From NCBI GenBank assembly GCA_040954595.2, contig CM082586.2, positions 8,463,337 to 8,527,336 on the forward strand: a DNA stretch of 64,000 nt, in the 5' to 3' direction. This DNA comes from Balanoglossus misakiensis (Eukaryota; Animalia; Hemichordata). A program made the position numbers and the translations under genes. Shown in pieces: positions 1-11,000 of the stretch; the first letter of the stretch is position 1, and each line of letters starts with the position of its first letter. Below the pieces are notes generated by a model, which worked only from the letters and a program-made list of their open reading frames with translations, was not told where the DNA came from and made no database searches.

Positions 1-990
1 GACAAGAAAAGGAAATGGACAGAATATTTATCTGAACTGGTTTATATGTACAATGCAACTCCTCATTCATCCACAGGACTGTCTCCGCATTTCATTCTCT
101 TTGGACAAGACCCAAGATTGCCAATTGACTATGTACTCCAAGGTGATGCGTCCTCGCATGAAGAAGACGATGTGGATGACTGGGTCAAAGGTCACAGAGA
201 AAAACTCAGAGACACCTATGCAAAGGCCACAGCCAATATGAAGCGACGAACAGAGGCACGACAAGAGCGACATAACAGATGTGCAAAAGAAGCATCTATT
301 CCAATCGGTGGGAGAGTATTTCTCAGAAACCGCAAAGTCAGAGGGAGAAATAAAATTCAGGATTTTTGGAATCATCTGCCCTATAAAGTGGTGTCTCGAC
401 CTGATCCAAAGGGTAACGTGTATACTGTAATGTCTGTTGATGGAATGGGAAAATCCAAAACTGTACATAGGAATGAACTGCTCGACACAGGACAAGTCGT
501 GGGTGAATCTGTGATTAAACTACCAGAACCGGGAGAAACCACATCTGAAAATGAGTTCGAACCAGAATCCAACTCTAGTAGTGATGATGATGTCCAATCG
601 TATGTTTTTCATCTACCTCCTTGCAGTCGTCATGGTGATAGAGACTTTGTGGTACGTCCGGAAGTGCCTATCGAGGAAAACCAACGGAGACGAAGTCCAT
701 ACAGAGCAGGGAAGCCTAGCAGGAATATGGCCGATACAGCTCCCACCACTCCACAAATCCACGAGACTTCAATGGAAACTGAACCGGAGGAACGACCGCC
801 ACTTCGACGCTCCACAAGGTCAAACTTAGGAGAGAATCCCAATCCCCATAGACTTCCACGATCAGTCCTTCAACGTACAGTTTCTGGTGAGCCTGTTCCA
901 GCCACAGTTGCCAAGCCATTTGACAATTTCAGTAAGGCAGTGTCTGAATCGGGGGATAACCTTGGACGTATTCTTCTGGAGGGGTGGTGA
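1..990 (+). mobile_element. Ty3/Gypsy LTR retrotransposon pol, integrase C-terminal region (5' end outside the window)
   Basis: Frame 1 is open from base 1: DKKRKWTEYLSELVYMYNATPHSSTGLSPHFILFGQDPRLPID, a typical Gypsy integrase core end. It is followed by a GPY/F-like segment (W..LPYKVV) and a low-complexity tail, then a polypurine tract and LTR. Confidence 0.92.
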
Positions 991-1092
991 CAATCAATAA
1001 AATAAAAAAAAATCGTGGAATTTGAAATCTTTAAAAAAATTATAAATGTTTTTAGTGTGTGTTCGAGACGACACACACAGAGAAGGGAAGAA

Positions 1093-1744
1093 TGTGACAA
1101 ATGAAATTAATCTTTTTGGGGGGATGTTTTGTTTTTGTTTCAATGGAGCCCTTTTCAATGACATTTTGATGACCGGTTATTGATCCTACATGTTCTGCGC
1201 ATGATAATTTACATATGCATCCCAGCCACCTGGTACACACTATAAAAGACCCTCAAATTTATGCCACGCGGTTCGTCATTTCATTTCGTTACGCACAACC
1301 GTGCGGTTCCGTGGTGGCTGTGCTGTGATATGGTCCGTAGACGACGGTGATTTTGGAGGCCTACTCCTCTCCGTTAACCTACAAAGTGGTGGGGTAAGTT
1401 TCCCTGTTAATGTTCTACCAGCATTTGTAAATTTTCGTAAGCCCGAACTTGAAATTTAATACCGTACAAACTCAGCTAAATGCATATAAACTCCTTGAAC
1501 TCGTTGTTGATGCGGACAGAATACGACAATTACATTTTTTTCATGAACGAATGGTTTAGTGTTGTATTTCAAATATTTACTGTAATTTTCTTTGTGCGAC
1601 AGGGTTTCTATGTATGTCCCCATGCGTGTCTATATTTTGGAATAACTCTTGGTTGCATACTGGAATATTGAGTGCTGTACGTTCCTTGGTCCGGGAGTGA
1701 CGTGTGGAATGAGCGACCCACATTGGAGTGAACCCTTGGTCACA
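1093..1744 (+). mobile_element. 3' LTR of the Gypsy element (~652 bp)
   Basis: Polypurine tract agagaagggaagaa (1079-1092) immediately precedes TGTGAC at 1093. The inverted end GTCACA is at 1739-1744, and an internal TATAAAA is at 1241. The 5' LTR is not in the window, so no direct-repeat check is possible. Confidence 0.75.
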
Positions 1745-2556
1745 TAAAGTTAAGGGAAAAAATCGAGAAAATTTTAAATGTTGCACCGCATATTGACAAA
1801 GAAAGGGTGGATAGGGCTGTGCTTCCATGCAGGTGGTCAGGGGAATGCAGAAAGAATAAAAACTTGTCAATTTCTGTGATAATGTATTCTTCTTTTAAAA
1901 TATGCATAAAAAATCAAACAATCATTGAACTGTCGTCCACTTTGAGCATTATGTTCCTTAGCAACTGTTTGCATGCCCGGCAATTGAATCCTTTGTTGGT
2001 ATTGTCATCCAATTTCAAACCGTGCAGTTGTGTTCTGATGCTCTTAATTGCAAACTTTCAGCCTGACAGTCACACCAACATAAGATTCAGGCTCACAAAG
2101 AACACGGACAGAAAGTACAGAAGGCATGTATTTTTTTCATAATTTTATTTCAATGAATGAAATTGTCACTATTAAAACTACAAGTAGAAAAAACCATGCA
2201 CAAAAACAAGTAGAAATTATGTATAGGTGTGCAGGAGACATAATAAACCTGAACAAGAATATTAAAATCAAATTGTCACTTTCAGGCCAAACTGTCTTGT
2301 ATTTATAACAGTGCTGGTAATTCACCACACACCAAATTTCCAATATGTTAAGGAAAACTGCAGGGAATGTGGTCAAATATCAGTTTAGGCGTGACAGCGG
2401 AAACATGATACATGCAGAATGCTTTTACCCTCTCATCAGAATGGTTTGGTCCAAATGTATTGTTTTCTAGGTAAAGTTGGACCTATATAGATGAAAACAG
2501 AGGTGTAAGGGTTAAATAAGTTTGTGCATCCACATGGCCTTTAAGTGTTTATACAA

Positions 2557-5500
2557 TTATACAGGTTTCACATCAGTCTTTCCATCTGTCTGGATTTTCC
2601 GCGATTGGACCCTAGTGTGGTACTTTCGTCCGCTGCTTTGGGGAACTGTTTCGTCTCGTTTTGATTTTTCCCTGCAGTGTACACTGGCGAGGTGGGTCTC
2701 CAGCTTGGCCAGGTGCGTGAAAGTCTTGCCGCACTTATCGCACATGACGGGTGACTTTGGAGTGGTTGCGTCGCGTTTTGATTTTTTTTTCTGGAGTGTA
2801 CGCTGGCGAGGTGGGTCTCCAGCTTGGCCAGTTGTGTGAATGTTTTGCCGCACTGTTCGCACATGACGGGTGACTTTGGAGTGGTTGCGTCGCGTTTTGA
2901 TTTTTTTCTGGAGTGTACGCTAGCGAGGTGGGTCTCCAGCTTGGCCAGTTGTGTGAATGTTTTGCCGCACTGTTCGCACATGACGGGTGACTTTGGAGTG
3001 GTTGCGTCGCGTTTTGATTTTTTTCTGGAGTGTACGCTGGCGAGGTGGGTCTCCAGCTTGGCCAGTTGTGTGAAAGTCTTGCCGCACTTATCGCACATGA
3101 CGGGTGACTTTGGAGTGGTTGCGTCGCGTTTTGATTTTTTTCTGGAGTGTACGCTGGCGAGGTGGGTCTCCAGCTTGGCCAGGTGCGTGAAAGTCTTGCC
3201 GCACTTATCGCACATGACGGGTGACTTTGGAGTGGTTGCGTCGCGTTTTGATTTTTTTCTGGAGTGTACGCTGGCGAGGTGGGTCTCCAGCTTGGCCAGT
3301 TGTGTGAAAGTCTTGCCGCACTTATCGCACATGACGGGTGACTTTGGAGTGGTTGCGTCGCGTTTTGATTTTTTTCTGGAGTGTACGCTAGCGAGGTGGG
3401 TCTCCAGCTTGGCCAGTTGTGTGAATGTTTTGCCGCACTGTTCGCACATGACGGGTGACTTTGGAGTGGTTGCGTCGCGTTTGGATTTTTTTCTGGAGTG
3501 TACGCTAGCGAGGTGGGTCTCCAGCTTGGCCAGTTGTGTGAATGTTTTGCCGCACTGTTCGCACATGACGGGTGACTTTGGAGTGGTTGCGTCGCGTTTT
3601 GATTTTTTTCTGGAGTGTACGCTGGCGAGGTGGGTCTCCAGCTTGGCCAGGTGCGTGAAAGTCTTGCCGCACTTATCGCACATGACGGGTGACTTTGGAG
3701 TGGTTGCGTCGCGTTTTGATTTTTTTTTCTGGAGTGTACGCTGGCGAGGTGGGTCTCCAGCTTGGCCAGTTGTGTGAAAGTCTTGCCGCACTGTTCGCAC
3801 ATGACGGGTGACTTTGGAGTGGTTGCGTCGCGTTTTGATTTTTTTCTGGAGTGTACGCTGGCGAGGTGGGTCTCCAGCTTGGCCAGTTGTGTGAATGTTT
3901 TGCCGCACTGTTCGCACATGACGGGTGACTTTGGAGTGGTTGCGTCGCGTTTTGATTTTTTTCTGGAGTGTACGCTGGCGAGGTGGGTCTCCAGCTTGGC
4001 CAGTTGTGTGAATGTTTTGCCGCACTGTTCGCACATGACGGGTGACTTTGGAGTGGTTGCGTCGCGTTTTGATTTTTTTCTGGAGTGTACGCTGGCGAGG
4101 TGGGTCTCCAGCTTGGCCAGTTGTGTGAATGTTTTGCCGCACTGTTCGCACATGACGGGTGACTTTGGAGTGGTTGCGTCGCGTTTTGATTTTTTTCTGG
4201 AGTGTACGCTGGCGAGGTGGGTCTCCAGCTTGGCCAGTTGTGTGAATGTTTTGCCGCACTTATCGCACATGACGGGTGACTTTGGAGTGGTTGCGTCGCG
4301 TTTTGATTTTTTTCTGGAGTGTACGCTGGCGAGGTGGGTCTCCAGCTTGGCCAGTTGTGTGAATGTTTTGCCGCACTGTTCGCACATGACGGGTGACTTT
4401 GGAGTGGTTGCGTCGCGTTTTGATTTTTTTCTGGAGTGTACGCTGGCGAGGTGGGTCTCCAGCTTGGCCAGTTGTGTGAATGTTTTGCCGCACTGTTCGC
4501 ACATGACGGGTGACTTTGGAGTGGTTGCGTCGCGTTTTGATTTTTTTCTGGAGTGTACGCTGGCGAGGTGGGTCTCCAGCTTGGCCAGTTGTGTGAATGT
4601 TTTGCCGCACTTATCGCACATGACGGGTGACTTTGGAGTGGTTGCGTCGCGTTTTGATTTTTTTCTGGAGTGTACGCTGGCGAGGTGGGTCTCCAGCTTG
4701 GCCAGTTGTGTGAATGTTTTGCCGCACTGTTCGCACATGACGGGTGACTTTGGAGTGGTTGCGTCGCGTTTTGATTTTTTTCTGGAGTGTACGCTGGCGA
4801 GGTGGGTCTCCAGCTTGGCCAGTTGTGTGAATGTTTTGCCGCACTGTTCGCACATGACGGGTGACTTTGGAGTGGTTGCGTCGCGTTTTGATTTTTTTCT
4901 GGAGTGTACGCTGGCGAGGTGGGTCTCCAGCTTGGCCAGGTGCGTGAAAGTCTTGCCGCACTTATCGCACATGAAGGGTGACTTTGGAGTGGTTGCGTCG
5001 CGTTTTGATTTTTTTCTGGAGTGTACGCTGGCGAGGTGGGTCTCCAGCTTGGCCAGGTGCGTGAAAGTCTTGCCGCACTTATCGCACATGACGGGTGACT
5101 TTGGAGTGGTTGCGTCGCGTTTTGATTTTTTTCTGGAGTGTACGCTGGCCAGGTGGGTCTCCAGCTTGGCCAGGTGCGTGAAAGTCTTGCCGCACTTATC
5201 GCACATGAAGGGTGACTTTGGAGTGGTTGCGTCGCGTTTTGATTTTTTTCTGGAGTGTACGCTGGCGAGGTGGGTCTCCAGCTTGGCCAGGTGCGTGAAA
5301 GTCTTGCCGCACTTATCGCACATGACGGGTGACTTTGGAGTGGTTGCGTCGCGTTTTGATTTTTTTCTGGAGTGTACGCTGGCCAGGTGGGTCTCCAGCT
5401 TGGCCAGGTGCGTGAAAGTCTTGCCGCACTTATCGCACATGAAGGGTGACTTTGGAGTGGTTGCGTCGCGTTTTGATTTTTTTCTGGAGTGTACGCTGGC

Positions 5501-8002
5501 CAGGTGGGTCTCCAGCTTGGCCAGGTGCGTGAAAGTCTTGCCGCACTTATCGCACATGAAGGGTGACTTTGGAGTGGTTGCGTCGCGTTTTGATTTTTTT
5601 CTGGAGTGTACGCTGGCGAGGTGGGTCTCCAGCTTGGCCAGGTGCGTGAATGTTTTGCCGCACTGTTCGCACATGACGGGTGACTTTGGAGTGGTTGCGT
5701 CGCGTTTTGATTTTTTTCTGGAGTGTACGCTGGCCAGGTGGGTCTCCAGCTTGGCCAGGTGCGTGAAAGTCTTGCCGCACTTATCGCACATGAAGGGTGA
5801 CTTTGGAGTGGTTGCGTCGCGTTTTGATTTTTTTCTGGAGTGTACGCTGGCGAGGTGGGTCTCCAGCTTGGCCAGTTGTGTGAATGTTTTGCCGCACTGT
5901 TCGCACATGACGGGTGACTTTGGAGTGGTTGCGTCGCGTTTTGATTTTTTTCTGGAGTGTACGCTGGCGAGGTGGGTCTCCAGCTTGGCCAGTTGTGTGA
6001 ATGTTTTGCCGCACTGTTCGCACATGACGGGTGACTTTGGAGTGGTTGCGTCGCGTTTTGATTTTTTTCTGGAGTGTACGCTGGCGAGGTGGGTCTCCAG
6101 CTTGGCCAGTTGTGTGAATGTTTTGCCGCACTGTTCGCACATGACGGGTGACTTTGGAGTGGTTGCGTCGCGTTTTGATTTTTTTCTGGAGTGTACGCTG
6201 GCGAGGTGGGTCTCCAGCTTGGCCAGTTGTGTGAATGTTTTGCCGCACTGTTCGCACATGACGGGTGACTTTGGAGTGGTTGCGTCGCGTTTTGATTTTT
6301 TTCTGGAGTGTACGCTGGCGAGGTGGGTCTCCAGCTTGGCCAGGTGCGTGAAAGTCTTGCCGCACTTATCGCACATGACGGGTGACTTTGGAGTGGTTGC
6401 GTCGCGTTTTGATTTTTTTCTGGAGTGTACGCTGGCGAGGTGGGTCTCCAGCTTGGCCAGGTGCGTGAATGTTTTGCCGCACTGTTCGCACATGGCGGGT
6501 GACTTTGGAGTGGTTGCGTCGCGTTTTGATTTTTTTCTGGAGTGTACGCTGGCGAGGTGGGTCTCCAGCTTGGCCAGGTGCGTGAATGTTTTGCCGCACT
6601 TATCGCACATGACGGGTGACTTTGGAGTGGTTGCGTCGCGTTTTGATTTTTTTCTGGAGTGTACGCTGGCGAGGTGGGTCTCCAGCTTGGCCAGTTGTGT
6701 GAATGTTTTGCCGCACTGTTCGCACATGACGGGTGACTTTGGAGTGGTTGCGTCGCGTTTTGATTTTTTTCTGGAGTGTACGCTGGCCAGGTGGGTCTCC
6801 AGCTTGGCCAGTTGTGTGAAAGTCTTGCCGCACTGTTCGCACATGACGGGTGACTTTGGAGTGGTTGCGTCGCGTTTTGATTTTTTTTTCTGGAGTGTAC
6901 GCTGGCGAGGTGGGTCTCCAGCTTGGCCAGGTGCGTGAATGTTTTGCCGAACTGTTCGCACATGACGGGTGACTTTGGAGTGGTTGCGTCGCGTTTTGAT
7001 TTTTTTCTGGAGTGTACGCTGGCGAGGTGGGTCTCCAGCTTGGCCAGTTGTGTGAATGTTTTGCCGCACTGTTCGCACATGACGGGTGACTTTGGAGTGG
7101 TTGCGTCGCGTTTTGATTTTTTCTTGGAGTGTACGCTGGCGAGGTGGGTCTCCAGCTTGGCCAGTTGTGTGGATGTTTTGCCGCACTGTTCGCACATGAC
7201 GGGTGACTTTGGAGTGGTTGCGTCGCGTTTTGATTTTTTTCTGGAGTGTACGCTGGCGAGGTGGGTCTCCAGCTTGGCCAGTTGTGTGAATGTTTTGCCG
7301 CACTGTTCGCACATGACGGGTGACTTTGGAGTGGTTGCGTCGCGTTTTGATTTTTTCTTGGAGTGTACGCTGGCGAGGTGAACCTTCAGATTCCCTCGTT
7401 GTGTGAAGGTCTTGCCGCATTTTCCACAAATGAACGGCTTCTTTCCGGAATGGACCCAGGCGTGGCGGCGGCGTTCGTTCGGCCGGAAGAAGCGCTTGCC
7501 GCAATCGCTGCAGGCGTATCGCCGCTCGCCCGAGTGTCGCAGCTCGTGCATCTTCAACTGCTAGCTCGCCACGAACGCCTTCCCGCATTCCCGGGCACTG
7601 GTACGGCCGCTCGTTGACATGGCGACGCAGGTGCACCTTCAGTTTGTAAAGTCCGGACAGTGTCTTCCCGCACCCGCTCCCGTTGGAGTGAGTCTTGATG
7701 TGTGTGGCCGCGTCGACGATGGTCAGGGAAATTTTGCCACAGTGCTTGCATTCGTACTTTCGCTTCTTACTGGGCGCTCTGGCAGGGTGGTTCTTGGTAG
7801 TACGTGCTACATCAACATCTCTGTTTACATTTCGGTTTGTGCTTTGAGACTGTTCCAGTATGGTCCTTACTGTCAGCCAATCTAAGAGCATCACTGTATA
7901 CAGACTGGCTTTCATCTGAGGGGCTTTCTTTCTGCTTGTGTACAATCGAAAGCGGACGATTGATACTTTGACAACCATTCCCTGTGTCGCTCTCTCCGAT
8001 TT
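2557..8002 (-). pseudogene. C2H2 zinc-finger gene terminal exon with a 40-unit minisatellite finger array, frameshifted
   Basis: Conventional fingers (YECKHCGK, YQCPECGKAF, YACSDCGKRF, FICGKCGKTF) are followed by 40 copies of a 39-aa unit, C(EQ/DK)CGKTFT(Q/H)LAKLETHLASVHSRKKSKRDATTPKSP(V/F)M. Lesions: an extra G near 7591, an in-frame TAG at 7562-7564, and +2 insertions in the A/T run at 6881-6889, 3720-3728 and 2782-2790. An acceptor-like ctgttacag lies at ~8003 and no upstream exons were found. Confidence 0.8.
2655..7380. repeat. 117-bp coding minisatellite, 40 copies
   Basis: Equivalent positions 2731 and 7300 are 4569 bp apart, which equals 39x117 plus three 2-bp insertions. Confidence 0.95.
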
Positions 8003-8019
8003 CTGTAACAGTACACGTC

Positions 8020-11000
8020 GAACCGAACGCTAGTACCGAACGCTAGTGTCTGTCATAATGTGGTTTCTGCTCTAGAGTGCCAGCTATAGGGCTTTAGCCA
8101 AGCCAAGCCATGCCGTAGGAAATCTGACTTGATCAACGTTCCTAACGAACGCTAGTGTCTGTCATAGTGTGCCGGGGTTTTAGCCGAGCCAGGCCGTAGA
8201 AAAATCGACTTGTTCAACGTTACCAGTGTGCAACTGTTTCTGCTCTAGAGTGTCAGGGTTTTAGCCGACTTATGCTGTAGGAAATCTGAGTTGATGAACG
8301 GGAATTCAATGTTAGAAAACCCGTGTGGAAAGTATCTCTACCCGTTTGAAACTAAGACAAGAATTTATTCTTATTTATTTTGTAAAAAAGAAAATTTTTC
8401 GAAAAAAAGTCGAAAATGGTAATTTTGTCTTGGGTGATTCAAATTATACCGCCTTTTCTGGAATTTGCAGCACTTTTTACAAGAGAACGACACTTCATGC
8501 TCCATAATATTTCCGAAAATGAAGAAAAGAGTTACTTTTTTATGATTTTTTTTTAAAATTTACCATTTTTGTCAAAATATGGCCAAAATGGCTATTTTTT
8601 CTTGAATTCCGTCAATATCTCTGCATTTTTGGAGTGGTCGAAAGTTTTAACATACAATCAACATGTCATATATGATCAGGGCACCAAATTCGAAGAACAA
8701 AGTTTTTTTTTCTCGAAATGACATTTTCAAGGAAAATTTGGTAAAACGCAATTTTGTCTGCAGTGAGCCAAATTAGACTGTCTTTTGTGGAATTTGTATC
8801 GATATATACATACGAAGGGCATTCTATACTCGATCAGAATACCGAAAATGTAGAAAACAGTTATTTTTCGTAATTTTCAAAAATTTACCATTGTTGACCA
8901 AAATGTGGCTAAAATGGTTATTTTCGTCTTGAATGCCGCCAGTGTCACTGCTTTTAAGAGTCATAAAAACTTTAGACATACAAGCAATTGTTTATATATG
9001 ATCAGGTCACCGAATTCAAAAAATAAAGAATGTTTTGCCTAAAATGACCTTTTTAGTGCAAAAATGAATAAAACGCAATTTTGTATTAAATCAGCTCATT
9101 CAGAGTGCATTTTTTAGAATCAGCACCATTTTGACATATTATGGACATTTCATACATCATCAGATATCCAAATATGAAAAAATGATTTAGATTTTAGATG
9201 ATTGTCCAAAATTAGCTGATATCTAATAAATGTAGTATTGAACTGTTCTGTCCCCCCCCCCCCCTACATTATATGCGGTACGCCGATGTCAGCTTACCCG
9301 GCAGTACTGCAGGCCGTGCCCCCAACTAACGTCGGTGTTTGAAACGCCCTGGTTAAATTCGGGCTTTCTCTATAAATTGACAGGCAATAATGCAGTCCTA
9401 CCCGAACAAATGTCGAGTGTTGACCCGCTGTGACTTTCCCTCTTCGGTTTGTCCGACTTAGCCAACGTCTTTGTGCTAGAGTGTCGGGGCTTCAGCTGAG
9501 CCAGGCCGAAGGAAATCCGACTTGATCACCGTTGCTAACGAACGCTAGTGTCTGTCATGGTGTGCCGGGGTTTTAGTCGAGCCAGGCCGTAGGAGATCAG
9601 ACTTGATCATCGTGGTCAATGTACGCGTGTTTCCGCTCTAAAGTGCCGGGGCTTCAGCTAAGCCAGGCCGTAGGAAATCCGACGTAATCACCGTTGATAA
9701 CTTACGCCAGTCTGTGTCATATGGAGCGGTGCACCAGCCGAGTCACGCCGTAGGACATCTGACTTGATCAACGTGGTCAATGTACGCCTGTTACTGCTCT
9801 AGAGTGCCGGGGCTTCAGCTGAGTCAGGCCGTAGGAAACCCGACGTGATTACCGTTGTTAACTTACGCCAGTCTGTGTACTATAAATAGTGCCGGGGCAT
9901 CAGCCGTGCCAGGCCGAAGGAAATGTGAGTAGATCAACGTGGTCTCTGTACGCGTGTTTCTGCTCTAGAGTGCCGGGGCTTTATCCAAGCCATGCCGTAG
10001 TAATCTGACTTGATCACCGTTGCTAACGTACGCTAGTGTCTGTCATAATGTGCCGGGGTTTTAGTCGAGCCAAGCCGTAGGAGATCAGACTTGATCAACG
10101 TGGTCTCTGTACGCGTGTTTCTGCTCTAGAGTACCAGGGCTTTAGCCAAGCCATGCCGTAGGAAATCTGACTTGATCAACGTTGCTAACGAACGCTAGTG
10201 TCTGTCATAGTGTGCCGGGGTTTTAGTCGAGCCAAGCCGTAGGAGATCAGACTTGATCAACGTGGTCTCTGTACGCGTGTTTCTGCTCTAGAGTGCCGGG
10301 GCTTTATCCAAGCCATGCCGTAGTAATCTGACTTGATCACCGTTGCTAACGTACGCTAGTGTCTGTCATATTGTGACGGAGATTTAGCCGAGCCAGGCCG
10401 TAGAAAAATCGACTTGTTCAACGTTACCAGTGTGGAACTGTTTCTGCTCTAGAGTGTCAGGGTTTTAGCCGACTTATGCTGTAGGAAATCTGAGTTGATG
10501 AACGGGAATTCAATGTTAGAAAACCCGTGTGGAAAGTATCTCTACCCGTTTGAAACTAAGAAAAGAATTTATTCTTATTTATTTTGTAAAAAAGAAAATT
10601 TTTCGAAAAACAGTCGAAAATGGTAATTTTGTCATGCTCCATAATATTTCCGAAAATGAAGAAAAGAGTTAATTTTTTATGATTTTTTAAAAATTTACCA
10701 TTTTTGTCAAAATATGGCCAAAATGGCTATTTTATCTTGAATTCCGTCAATATCTCTGCATTTTTGGAGTGGTCGAAAGTTTTAACATACAATCAACATG
10801 TCATATATGATCAGGGCACCAAATTCGAAGAACAAAGGTTATTTTATTTTTTTTTCTAAAAATGACATTTTCAAGGAAAATTTGGTAAAACGCAATTTTG
10901 TCTGCAGTGAGCCAAATTAGACTGTCTTTTGTGGAATTTGTATCGATATATACATACGAAGAGCATTTTATACTCCATCAGATTTCCGAAAATGTAGAAA

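Noticed and set aside
2568-7978. Very long ORFs (1747, 1294, 1058, 563 aa) in alternative frames and on the plus strand
   Set aside because: By-products of a 117-bp stop-poor tandem unit. Only the C2H2 frame has protein-like motifs, and it hops between these ORFs at the frameshifts.
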